From assembly GCA_963514005.1 (NCBI GenBank), contig OY740808.1, positions 12,896,001 through 12,960,000 of the forward strand: a stretch of 64,000 nt of DNA. The letters are read 5' to 3'. Positions 1 to 12,150 of this stretch are shown piece after piece (the first letter of the stretch is position 1; every line of letters begins with the position of its first letter). The position numbers were made by a program, and so were the translations under genes. This stretch comes from Raja brachyura. Its lineage: Eukaryota. The notes below the pieces were generated by a model that did no database searches, was not told where the DNA came from, and saw only the letters and a program-made list of their open reading frames with translations.

Positions 1-289
1 GGAACAACAGCACCTCATATTTCGCTTGGGCAGCTTACAACTCAGCGGTATGAACATTAATGTCCATAATTTCTAGTAACTGCTTTATCCTCCCCCCCCC
101 CCCCCCCGTACATAACCCCCCTACCCTACTCCCCCATCCACGTCATCCTACCAGTTCCACTGTTCACATCATTGTATCCCGCTCGTTATCACTACTTCCC
201 CACAGAACAATGGGCCATTATGGGCACCATCCTTCCTGAGGATAACTGTTGCCTGCCTTTGTTTTTATTCTGGCCTTTTCTTGCCTATA

Positions 290-320
<31 letters not shown>

Positions 321-430
321 CCACCCCCTCCCCGAAATGTCACCTATTATTTTGCTCCTGGCCCACTTAGTTATTCCAGATTTATACATTTATCTTCCGT
401 ATAAACCAGCACCGACTGTTGTCTTCCTAC
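1..430 (+). mobile_element. Penelope-like element 3' fragment (GIY-YIG C-terminus and 3' UTR)
   Basis: Translates as EQQHLIFRLGSLQLSGMNI, like the C-terminus of PLE endonucleases. Followed by a C-rich UTR containing CCCGAAATGTCACCTAT. Paralogs at 18933-19360, 38138-38580 and 40358-40600. Confidence 0.75.
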
Positions 431-2272
431 ACATTTTGTAAAACGACAGTATTCGTCTTTTATTCTGTATGAGAAAAGTATCTTTTTTTTTTTTGCAAAT
501 TAATTATTTTGTACACCGACCTTTTCGATATGTGTCAAAATCGTGGAAGTTCAGGGCACAATTACACCGCTTAGAGGTCCTGACATTTCAAATATATAAG
601 CAGTGAGGAGAACTGGCGTTATTCTGAAAACATAAGCACAGAGTGGTGACTGATACATTTATTTTAATGTGGTGCTCGTAGTCGTTTCGTTTTAATAGGG
701 GTGATGCATATGTAGCGAATTGTAAATAATTGCACCATCTGAGAGCCAAAGGAAGTAGGTGCACAGACATTCATATATATATATATATATATATATTTAA
801 AACTATTTTAAAGTAAATTTTCGTTGCCCTGAGAAATAACTGAATAGAAATAATAGCAAAGATTACTGAAACCTCTGCTATTTTTGTTTGGCTCAACCTT
901 GTGAATAAACCACAAGTTTCAGCAAATTGATGCCCAAATGGTCTTTGGTGTGCTTCGGGGAAATCTCTCTTTCGCGGTGCGTGAAGCCAACAAACAGAGA
1001 ATTACAAAGAGTGATGGAGAGAAACAGAGAAAGGATCTAAATGAGGGTGAGAAAGAACATGAGATGTAGAGCGGGGGTCAGAGAGAATGAGAAAGCAAGG
1101 TGAGGGAAGACAGTGTAGGAATTGTAATGGGCACGGTTGAGTTAAAAAACGGTGAGGGCAATATAAAGTACAGAAATTAACAAGTGCATGGACAAAACAG
1201 GAAAATTAAAAACAAAACGCATCATTGACAGATCACAGACGCCCAAGCCACCCGTAATTGATAGGTGGGGGGGGGGGGGGTCGAGAACACAGTTCCTCTA
1301 ATAGATTCCAACTGGGTGAACAGGCCAGTTGCAAGCACATCCCGTATGTTTATCTGTCGATGTATTTTCTTGTTAATCCAGAGGCAAAGGGACATGTTCT
1401 GCGGTACGATTGGACGTTCAGCCCATCGAATCTCCACCGCATTCAATCATGGCTGATCTATGCCTCCTGATCCCATTTTCATGCCTTCTCCCCATAACCT
1501 TTGACACCCGTTCGAAACAAGAATTTGTCCATCTCTGCCTTAAGAATATCCACTGATCCACATCAAAAATATCATAGGATGCAACACAGAATGGCCGAAA
1601 TTGAAGCTCTGGATTCAATTTACGGGCTGAGTACAGGAAATGTGTACTGTGAACACAAAACTGGTAAAGTCCTACGTTCCCTGGATGGTAAGAAGACGGT
1701 AAGAGGTGAAAGCACAGGCGATGTATAATTCAATTGTAATTGTAATTGGTGAGGCAGGGCTCCATATCGTCGTCAGCATTTCTTCTGATCACTGCAGCTA
1801 CCCTCCACGAGGGGACGTTACATGGCAGCTAGCAATCGCCCTTCATATAACTGCCCCCCTGAACCTCTCGTCAAAAATCAAATTTCAGGAACACAGCTCA
1901 CTTTGAATATTGGGGATCAAAGTGGTTAGCGACTAGTGAATAGATTATCGCGGGACACCGCAAGTCACATTCTGATCATTTTCCTTACTTTGCCCCTGTT
2001 TCACTATAGATCACTACTTTATCTTCAGTTACGTAGGTTCATCTTTAATGAAGGACTTTATAAGAAGCATTCGAGAAATCCATATAAATAATATCCATAG
2101 ACATTCCCCCGTAATTTACGTTGGCATTATTCAAAAATCCAATCTGTTCCATCAGTCATGTCATGCCTTTAAAAGCCCACGCTGAAAAAGTTGAATATGT
2201 CAAATTGTTCCATCTTCAATTATGAACCCCACAATTTTCCACCCACTGAAAATTAGTTGGTGGAAAATTGAG

Positions 2273-2552
2273 AGCCACACGGTGGCGCAACGGTAGAATT
2301 GCTGAATATAGAGTCAGAGACCTGTGTTCGTTCCTGACTACGGATGCTGTCTGTATTGGAGTTTGAATATTCTCCCTGTGACCGGTGGTCCTCCGGTATC
2401 CCAAAGATATGCAGGATTGTAGTTTAATCGGCTTCTGTACATTGTCCCTAGTTTGTAGGATAGAAGTGGTGTACCGGTAAACGTGGCCAGCGCGGAATCC
2501 TGGGCCGAAATGCCCATTTTCACCTTATATCTCTAAAACGTAAAAAAACGAA
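2273..2552 (+). mobile_element. tRNA-derived SINE (HE1/V-SINE-like); paralogs at about 20863-21142 and 42142-42421
   Basis: A-box-like GGTGGCGCAACGG, decayed B box, same body and tail as 51913-52203. Confidence 0.75.
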
Positions 2553-3073
2553 AACTGTTCGGACGACTCAGCAAACTATTACTGCTATCCCACTTTCAGG
2601 GTTTTTTTAAGTAGTAAACGGACATGTGCAATTCCGCCAATGAAATATGTGTTGCAGAGACTGAAAGAACATTGAAAGATTGCAGTTGTATCAATAACAC
2701 TCTTAGATCCTCACTCTACAATGCCTAGGATGGAAATCATTTAATCATAGAATATTATATTTCTTTAGCATTAAGACTGGTCTGATAGATGCCTGTATTC
2801 AAGTTGTGTGGTGGGCCTACCTACAGATAAATAACTATACTTTCTTCCGGATAAACAAATTAGACGATTCTAACGTAGTGTTGGTGCGGCATCAACTGGA
2901 ATATATGTTTAACTACAGTTTCAGAGCAAACAAAAACTAAATAGAAAGAGGAACTCAGTGGGTCAGGCAGCGTCTGTGTAGGGCACACTTCATTACAATC
3001 CCTTTTCAGGCACCGTAGAGGGGTAAAAAAACAACAATTCCAGCGTTTACTTTATTTCCCGCTTGTTCATTTT

Positions 3074-5667
3074 ATGTTAAGTTTTAATCTACAATTTGAT
3101 AGGGAGAAGGATAAATCAGAGGTGTCAGTATTACAGTTGAACAAAGGGGACTCTGGAGCCATGAGGGAGCAGCTGGTCAAAGTTGACTGGAAAGATACCC
3201 TAGCAGGAATGACAGTGGAATAACAATGGCATGTATTTCTTGGAATAATACTGAAGTTGCAGGATCAGTTCATTCCAAAGAGGATGAAAGAGGCTAAGGG
3301 TAATAAGGGGCGATCGTGGCTGACAAGGGAAGTCATGGGCAGTATAAAAATAAAAGAGAAGTATAACATAGCAAAGATGAGCGGGAAGCCAGAGGATTGT
3401 GTAGCTTTTAAAGAGCAACAGAAGATAACTAAAAAAAGGCAATACGGGGAGAAAAGATGAATTATGAAGGTAGCTAGCCAGGAACATAAAGGAGGATAGT
3501 AAAAGCTTCTTTAGGTATGTGAAGAGGTTTAGGTCTGAAGAAGGGTCTGGACCAGAAACGTCGCCTATCTCCTTCGCTCCTTAGATGCTGCTGCACCCGC
3601 TGAGTTTCTCCAGCCTTTTGTGTACCCCCAGGTTTAAAAAATAGTTAAGACCAAAGATTGGACCATTGAAGACTGAAAAAGGTGAAATTATTATGGGAAA
3701 CAAGGAAATGGCAGACGAGTTGAACAGGTACTTTGAACAGGTACACAAACAATCTCCCTGATGTACTAGTAGCCAGAGGATCTAGGGTGACTGAGGAACT
3801 GAAGGAAATGCACATTCGGCAGGAAAGGGTGTTGGGTAGACTGATGGGACTGAAGACTGAGAAATCCCCAGGGTCTGATGGTCTGCATCTCAGGGTACTT
3901 CAGGAGGTGGCTCTGGAAATCGTGCACGCATTGGTGATAATTTTCCAATGTTCTATAGATTCACGGTCAGTTCCTGTGGATTGGAGGGTAGCTAATGTTA
4001 CCCCACTTTTTAAGTAAGTGGGAGAGAGAAAACAGGTAATTATAGACCAGTTAGCCTGACATCGATAGTGGGGAAGATGCTGGAGTCAATTATAAAAGAT
4101 GAAATAGCGGCACAGCTGGATAGCAGTAGCAGGATCGGTCAGAGTCAGCATAGGTTTACGAAGGCCCATCAAGGCCCATTAGTCATGCTTGACTAATCTT
4201 CTGGAATTTTTTGAGGATGTAACTAGGAAAATAGACAAGGGAGAGCCAGTGGATGTAGTGTACCTGGACTTTCAGAAAGCAGTTGATAAGGTCCCACATA
4301 GGAGATTAGTGGGCAACATTGCAGCACACGGTATTGGGGGTAGGGTGCTGACATCGATAGAAAATTGGTTGGCAGACAGGAAACAAAGAGTATGGATTAA
4401 CGGGTCCCTTTCAGAATGGCAGCCAGTGACTAGTGGGGTACCCCAAGGCTCGGTGCTGGGACCGCAGCTATTTACAATATACATTAGTGATCTAGATGAA
4501 GGGATTCAAAATAACATTAGCAAATTTGCAGATGACACAAAGCTGGGTGGCAGTGTGACCTGTGAAGAGGGTGATATGAGGATGCAGGGTGACTGACCGG
4601 TTGGGTGAGTGGGCAGATGCATGGCAGATGCAGTTTAATGTGGATAAATGTGAGGTTATCTACTTCGGTGGCAAAAACAGGAAGGCATATTATTATCTAA
4701 TTGGGGAAAGGGGTAGTACAACGGGATCGGGGGGGTGGGGGGGTCTTTGTTCATCAGTTACTGAAAGTAAGCATGCAGATACAGCAGATAGTGAAGAGAG
4801 CGAATGGCATGTTGGCCTTCATAAAAAGAGGAATTGAATATACTGTAAGAGCAAAGATGTATTTCTGCAGTTGTGCAGGGCCCACGAGACAACGCCTGGA
4901 GTGTCGTGTGCAGTTTTGGTCTCCAAAGTTGAGAAAGGCCATTCTTGCTATTGAGGGAGTGCAGCGTAGGTTCACGAGGTTAATTCCGGGGATGGCTGGA
5001 CTGTGATATGTTGATAGAATGGAACGGCTGGGCTTGTGTACTCTGGAATTCAAGACAAGAGTCAAGAGTCAAGTCAATAGTGTTTTATTGTCATATGTCC
5101 TGGACGGGACAATGAAATCCTCACTTGCTGCAGCACAACAGAATATGTGAATATGTAAACATTGTATATAACGAGAAAAAAAGTAAAAGTTCAATAAATA
5201 ACATATATAGTGCAAATAACAAATAATAATATAGTCTAATTTAGAAGAATGAAAGGGGATCTTATTGAAACATATACGATTATTAAGGGTTTGGACATGC
5301 TAGAGGCAGGAAACTTGTTCCAGATGTTGGGGGATTCCAGAACCAGGGGCCACATTTTAAGAATACGGGGTAAGCCATTTAGAATGGAGACGAGGAAACC
5401 CCTTTTCACACAGAGTTGTGAGTCTGTGGAATTCTCTGCATCAGAGTGCGATGAAGGCCGATTCTCTGGATACTTTCAAGGGAGATCTAGATAGGGCTCT
5501 TAAAGATAGCGGAGTCAGGGGACATGGGGAGAAGGCACGAACGGGGTACTGATTGTGGATGATCAGCCATGATCACATTGAATGGCGGTGCTGACTCGAA
5601 GGACCGAATGGTCTACTCCTGCACCTATTGTTTATTATCTATAGTCCTGCACCTATTGTCTATTGTC
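3074..5667 (+). mobile_element. CR1 LINE, 5'-truncated and frameshifted (RT plus 3' UTR)
   Basis: Motifs KSPGSDG, YLDFQKAxDKVPH, [18 protein letters not shown] and RTRGH; (CTATTGT)n tail. Interrupted by a Penelope piece (3532-3629) and a short inverted LINE tail (about 5052-5237). Confidence 0.93.
3532..3629 (+). mobile_element. Short Penelope-derived insertion with hammerhead-like core (paralog 22122-22219)
   Basis: TSD AGGTTTA at 3525-3531 and 3630-3636; empty site at about 43496. Contains CTGAAGA...GAAACGTC. Confidence 0.8.
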
Positions 5668-6547
5668 TAAAGAGAAAGCGATTGATTTGGAAAGGAATGC
5701 TTAATTTAACAATAAACCGCAATGTAAATAAACGTCGGAGCTGTTGGAGATCAGTTGAAATCAATGTTATTGTCACGCTCTGAAAATGACCCTTCCGCGT
5801 TGAGATGGTGTCAGGAGAAAGGACAAATACAGTTTTTAATTGTCCTGAATACCTGGGATACCCATGGATTTAAGAATGGAAACTAGTTTCCTAGTTCAAA
5901 ACTTGTTGCCACTAAAATGACCAAACTATCCCAGGATAAATAAACATGTGCAATGCATGCTAGTGTTACCTTCTGGCATCTACATCCCGGGAATGAATTC
6001 AATGTATTTATATTATATTATATTAAGTTCCAGTTTAGTAGCACAGTAGATGATGAAGGAAGATCAAAGTCTTCGATAAATATCCCCAGTCTGCTTTATT
6101 TGAAGAGCAAAATTTGTTCATTGAATCTTCTTCCAATGGCAATTGGAATTCATCGACAGAACAAAAGGTTAGCTGTTCCGGTTAGGTTGAGGGTGCATGA
6201 AGGTATCAAGCTTTTAATTCCATACATTCCATTACACGATTTGAATCCCATATCACTTTGCAACCTGCAATTAAATTATGTCCTTAAGTGGTAATGCCGA
6301 TAAAGCATTTATTTCAATCTCTTTGAAACATCTTAAAAGTATTCCTGGATTTATATCGATATCGTGGACTATCACAAACTAAAAGGGAAGTTATGAAGTA
6401 GGAATATATTTCCCGTATAAATTTCTAACTTTGATGTACAATAACTGGTAGACAATATTGGTGTGGAAACGCTAGGATTAGATATATTATATTTATGGAA
6501 GAATGTGGAGCCCTTTGGTTAGGATATGTGGAGCCCTTTGGTTAGGA

Positions 6548-8560
6548 TATCTTGGCCAATTCACGTCTCATACCTTCAAAGTTACCTTTGTTTAAGTTCA
6601 GAACCCTTGTTTCTGACTTAATTATGTCACTCTCAATCCTAATGAAGAACTCAACCATATTATGGTCACTCTTGCACAAGGGGCCACGCACAACAACACT
6701 GCTAACTAACCCTTCCTCATTACTCAATACCCAGTCTAGAATCGGCTGCTCTCTCGTTGGTTCCTCTACATGTTGGTTTAGAAAACGATCCCGCATACAT
6801 TCCAAGAAATCCTATTCCTCAGCACCCATGCCCATTTGATTCACCCAATCTATATGTAGATTGATGTTACCCATTATAACTGTTTTACCCTTGTCGCATG
6901 CATTTCTAATTTCCTGTTTGATGCCATCCCCAACTCCACTACTACTGTTAGGTGGCCTGTACACAACACCCACTAGCGTTTTCTGCCCCTTAGAGTTTCG
7001 CAGCTCCACCCTTATCGATTCCACATCCTCCAAGCTAATGTCCTTTCTTTCTATTGCATTAATCACCTCTCTCACCAGCAACGCTACCCCACCTGCCTTT
7101 CCTTTCTGTCTAACCCTCCTGAATATTGAATATCCCTGGATGTTCAGCTCCCAGCCTTGGTCCCCCTGGAGCCATGATCCCAACTATAGCATAGTCATTA
7201 ATAGCTATCTGCACATTCAACTCGTCCACCTTATTATGAATGGTCCTTGCATTGAGACACAGAGCCTTCGGGCTTGTTTTTACAACACTCTTACTCCTTA
7301 TACAATTATGTTGACAAGTGGCCCCTTTTGATTTTTGCCCTGGAAACCCACCACCTCTTATTCTCTGTTTATTATTTTTTTCTTCTTTCCCCCCTACATG
7401 TTGCGTCTGAGTTCATCCCTTCTCTGCCTCCTGCCTCAGACCCTGTCTACTGGCTTTCTCTATTTGAGCCCCTCCCCCCAACCGTTCTAGTTTAAAGTCC
7501 CCCCGGTAGCCTTTGCAAATTTCCCTGCCAGGATACTCGGGTTCATGTGCAACCCGTTCGTTTTATACAAGTCACTCCTTCCCCAAAAGAGGTTCCAATG
7601 ATCCAGAAACTTGAATCCCTGCCCTCTGCACCAGTCCTTCAGCCAGGCATTTATCCCCCATCTTGCTCCATTCCTACTCTCACTGTCGCGTGGCACAGGA
7701 AGTAATCCTGAGATTGTTATTTTTGCGGTCCTTTTCCTTAACCATCTTCCGAACTCCCTAAATTCTCCTTTCAGGATCTCTTCTCTTTTTTTACCTATGT
7801 CATTGGTACCAATATGTACCACGACCTCAGGCTCCTCTCCCTCCCTTTTCAGGATATCTTGGATACGTTCAGACACATCCCGGACCCTGGCACGAGGGAG
7901 GCAAACTACCATCCGGGTCGCCGGGCTGCATCCACAGAATCGCCAATCTGACCCCCTAACTATAAGAGTCCCCTATTACTAATGCCCTCCTCTTCTTTTC
8001 CTTACCCTTCTGAGCAACAGGGCCGGTCTCTGTACCGCAGGTCAGGTCGCTGTTGCTACCCCCAGTTAGGCTGCCCCCGCCCCCAACAGCACTCAAACGG
8101 GAGTACTTATTTTCAAGGTGTACAGCCACTGGGGTACTCTATAGCCCCCGCCTCTGCCCCTTGCCTCTCCTAACCGTGACCCACGTATCTGCCTCCCGTG
8201 GTTTTGGAGAGACTACCTCCCTGTAACTCCTCTCTATGACCTCCTCCCTCTCCCTGACCAGACGGAGGTCATCGAGCTGCTGCTCCAGGTTCCTAACACA
8301 CTCCTTTAGGAGCCCCATCTCGACACACCTGGCGCATATGTAGACGTCTGGAGGGCTACCCCACTCAATGGCCTCCCACATCTGACATCCAGAACAGTCA
8401 GCTGCCCTGGCACTCATACTTCCCTTGCACTGGATACAATACAAAATACAATGTACAATACAAAATACAATACAAAATACAAAGCACAGTACACTACAAA
8501 CTGCTGGCATCTGACTGCCAATCAGCTGCGTACTCAAGTCCACCAATCAGCGGCTTCCTC
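6548..8560 (-). mobile_element. CR1 LINE 5' half (ORF1 and the APE endonuclease of ORF2), cut at the duplication junction
   Basis: ORF1 has CxxC...CxxC, a leucine-zipper-like segment and an SGNH-esterase-like VVVHIGTND motif. ORF2 has GGVALLV, VVYRPP and SDHNMV. The element ends abruptly at 6548. Confidence 0.92.
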
Positions 8561-9585
8561 AAGCCCAGTTAATTGAATGGAACGTTACGGATTTCGAACG
8601 TTACGGATTTAGAACGTTACAGATTTTGGTTCCTCCCTCACCAACGGGTCCTGGGCCACATTGGTAATTGTGATGGAACATGACATGATAACAACAGCTT
8701 AAGCGTAATTGAAATACAAATCCCGTCACCAGTTAATGTCAATGTCTTCGGTGATAAATGATGGAGGTGCGGTGCAGAGTGTGTATAGTGTAAAGTGGAG
8801 GTGGGAACAAACCATCAGTTTTACAGAATCTTGCTGATATGTTGGGAATTAATGTCGTTTCCGGTACATTTCCAGGTATGCACATGTCTTGCCTTTATTT
8901 ACAGTAAATAGCGGTGCACCTTACGAACGAAAACATAATTAATAAACCCTTTAAACCCTGAAGGTGTGGGTTTGGTGGGGACGTTTTTGACCAAAAGATC
9001 AACCTGAAAAGTCAAATCAAATTCTCACTTCAGGCCGCCTTGCCTGCTGAGTATTAACAGCATTTTCTGCCAATTTTGTGGATTCTTATTGGAGTTGAGA
9101 TCACGTTTGTCATGATTGGTTTAGAACGCATTGTATGAATTGACGAGTGGCACAAACTCACTACTGTTCTACGATTGTAATTCGAGATCGAGATTGAGCG
9201 AAAATAAATCAGCGTTTCTTGCCCAAATGTACAAGCAACACAATCCATATTAAGTCGTCATGTTTGGGGTCAGAAATAAATCCAAGAGAATCAACAATGC
9301 TTTTGACAATAGTTTTAAAACTTTACTCAACGTCTGCAGAGAATACCTTGGGTACAATAACAACATACATGCTTTTAGTTAACGCAATTTAATCGACGAT
9401 GCTTTATTCAAGACGATATTCTTTCGAAAGACCAACATTTAAAGCGAACAAGTCATAAAAATCAAGGTTTCAACTATGAATGGCGTTTCTTTATGAAAAT
9501 TCCGAAAGACAAAGACTACCTTTGTCACATGGAAGAACTCAATGGCGATTAACTAACTTTGGGGAGTTAGCTCACGCTTCAAACA

Positions 9586-9908
9586 TTAGATACAACTGGA
9601 TCTCACGATATCTGTCTTAAGTGGGTTTGCCTGAGTCTGGTGTTTAACCACACAGGAGTAAAGGTCGTGTAAGTTCCACTCTGAGGCTGTCAGAGTCAGG
9701 TAACTGCTGAGACTGAACGTGTTGTCCTTATCCTGCTGGATCGGGCTGCTCTCAACGCCGCTATTTTTTGCACCGCCGTCGACTGTCCATTCAACGTCCA
9801 CCGAGCCCGGATTAAACCCGTTCACCAAACAAAGCAGGGTGGCGGTGCCCTTTGAGGCAACTTCATCAGCTGAAGGCGGGAGGACCGTCACGATCGGTGC
9901 CCGAGGAT
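9586..9908 (-). CDS. IGL: Ig light chain gene 1, constant exon (lambda/type II-like C1 domain)
   Basis: Acceptor aaacag|AT at 9909/9908, phase 1. Encodes DPRAPIVTVLPPSADEVASKGTATLLCLVNGFNPG...EWTVDG...TFSLSSYLTL...YSCVVKH...RSSCI*, with the C1-set Cys/Trp/Cys and the penultimate interchain Cys. AATAAA on the minus strand at 9403-9408. Confidence 0.97.
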
Positions 9909-11479
9909 CTGTTTAATAAGAAGTCAAATTTAATTGGAGAATTGCTGTCGTTGATATATCATTATTTGCCGAAAATACATCTCATTGAAGCACCAATTTA
10001 TTAATTTGTAGAAATAATCCGTTTTATTCTCGACCTATTTCAAACCATTATAGTGTGGGTTTTTTTTTTAAATGGGGTAAGCAATAAAGTACGTGAAAGC
10101 AACTAGAATAGATCCTGTCTGCCCTATGCATAAACTCCGGGAAACCATATGTAATATATCATGGCGGCACTATTTTATAAATCTGAATACATTATTATAA
10201 CTTTCGTAATGTTCATTTTACTACACATCTCCGGCTTTACATTTATTTAAATATATCAGCAGATATAAACGATTCGCGGTCGGGAAAATGTATAATAACA
10301 GATTTAAACTTATTTAATTGTCGGCACCCATTGAGATGGAGGGTGACGCTATTTATGATCGGCAAAAATATGTGGAAACTAGCTTTCGAAAGCCACGGTC
10401 ACAGATTCGCAGATGTCGTTCAGAAGCAAGGATGACATTGTAGTTCGAATATGCATTTATATTTGAAATGCACTTCTGCGACAACGAAAGGCTGCTCTAC
10501 GTATTAAACAAAATTTCTGAAAGAAATGTGCGAAACTTTCTCATTTCACATTTTGATATCATTGTTAAACCCGTCAACCGGAATTTTGACAGTGTTGAAT
10601 ATTAACGTTGCTGACCCCCCGTTACCAAAGCAATTTCCTTTCATATCTGGACAATCACTGCGAATATTTCCGCAATTTATTGAACCAACCCTATTCCATG
10701 CAACTTCAGTTTACATCAACCCTCATCTAATTGACGATTTCAAAATCCGAGAGAAATGACACCATTCGCATTGGGAAGTACACGATCATTATTGGACGGG
10801 AAGCAAATTGGAAAATTGAAGATTTGCTTCACATTTGATAGTGCATTCATGGTGCGGCCCGAAGTAATTCTGTGAACTGTAAAAATATTTATTTTTTAGA
10901 ATCGAAGCTGCGAGATTTCTAATCTAATATTGACGCTGTAAGGGTTAGTCTTGCTCGGGTCATGGTTGTTTTGAAATGCTTTGTAGGCGGAATGTGACTG
11001 ATCAGTGAAAACAATTATAAACATTATTTTCGTGATTCAACTGAAGTATAATGGGCTCCAAAGTGTAACACTTGCTTCAATATTAAACAACACAACGTGG
11101 AACAAATAATTCCTCCGCATCGCGGCACCGTTCAACCAAACCCCAATGCCCAAACGGGGATCCAAGTAGCTACAGTCCTAAGCGAGTTAATTCGCTCAAG
11201 GTCGCTACAGTCCCGTGGTTCCCTGGGCACAGAATACTTTTGTTGAGAAATTGTTCGTCTGTAAAAGCTCAAGACAAAACATTAGCTCGCTTTTGCAGTC
11301 ATTTCACTGAGTTATGTCCAAGTGAACTCGGAACATCTATATAGCAAGATCGCACTATCTGCACTGAAATACAGCTGACCCAATGAAGTATAATGTGAAA
11401 TCACGACGTTAAATCAAGCAATAGCTGATTTAAAATTAAAATAAAACAGCGCGCTGTCCGAAGAATATATTTTACTTAC

Positions 11480-11824
11480 CGCCAATACCCAGCCTCGTTC
11501 CTTTACCGAAATATAAACCACTATCCCATTTGGCACAGTAATAGTCCGCAGCATCCACCGATTGAACGCTAGATATTGCGAATATTACAGAGTTGCCTGA
11601 CACCGAGATGGAAAAACGGTCTGGAATGTCCGTGCCTTTATAAATGCTACCGCCGGTGTAATGATAGAATAGATACTTGGGAGTTTTGCCAGGAATCTGT
11701 TGGTACCACGAGACATAGTTAGCGCCTGAACTGGAACCCGATATGGTACAGGATATTTGTAGTTTCTGTCCCGTAGAGGTGGACATCGAAGGCGGCTGAC
11801 TTACTGTAACTGCCGCGCTTAAGT
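11480..11824 (-). CDS. IGL: Ig light chain gene 1, germline-joined VJ exon
   Basis: Acceptor ttttctcag|AC at 11825/11824 and donor G|gtaagt at 11480/11479. Encodes (Y)LSAAVTVSQPPSMSTSTGQKLQISC...WYQQ...DAADYYC-AKWDSGLY-FGKGTRLGIG in one frame. V runs directly into the J FGxG motif with no heptamer/nonamer between them. Confidence 0.97.
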
Positions 11825-11944
11825 CTGAGAAAAGAGAAATATCAGAAAAAAAGAAAATTGTTAAGTTTGTTGAAGTGTGGGAGATTACCCCAAATTAATG
11901 GTGAACAGAAATAAGTATGATGTCCGGGAAAGTAAAATACTCAC

Positions 11945-11999
11945 AGACTGCGCAAAAAACCAACGCACCGACCACACGGATCCAATACGACATTTTCAT
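11945..11999 (-). CDS. IGL: Ig light chain gene 1, leader exon
   Basis: ATG at 11999 (or the second ATG at 11993) gives MKMSYWIRVVGALVFCAV, then T|gtgagt donor. Phase 1, matching the V exon; 120-bp intron. Confidence 0.93.
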
Positions 12000-12069
12000 T
12001 AACCGACTGAGCTCCGATAGGGCGGCAGTTTCCAGGACGAGTGGCGTGTAATCTTACTCTCTGGCTCTC

Positions 12070-12150
12070 TTTATAAATGGAATGACGAGATGTCACCGTG
12101 TGTTTATCTCTCCAAACCAATCAAACCGGTAGGCTCGTCGAAGCCAATCA
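12070..12150 (-). promoter_or_regulatory. IgL gene 1 proximal promoter (TATA, CRE-like element, two inverted CCAAT boxes)
   Basis: TATAAA at 12075-12070 on the minus strand. TGAC-N5-GTCA at 12083-12095. CCAATCA at 12117 and 12144 on the plus strand. No proximal octamer. Confidence 0.7.

Larger units (their letters stand above)
1..6548. repeat. Tandem duplication unit A (partial; continues left of the window)
   Basis: Collinear with 18933-25138 (constant offset of 18590 from about 1.5 kb onward, near-identical) and with 38138-48158 (more diverged). Confidence 0.95.

Noticed and set aside
5953-6294. 113-aa ORF conserved at 24543-24884 (likewise other ORFs repeated between units)
   Set aside because: Conservation only reflects the recent duplication. 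The frame is disrupted in unit C and has no recognisable domain.
11534-11540. Embedded heptamer TACTGTG at the V-region YYC (possible V-replacement signal)
   Set aside because: Largely forced by the Tyr-Cys-Ala codons; no usable nonamer at 12 or 23 bp.
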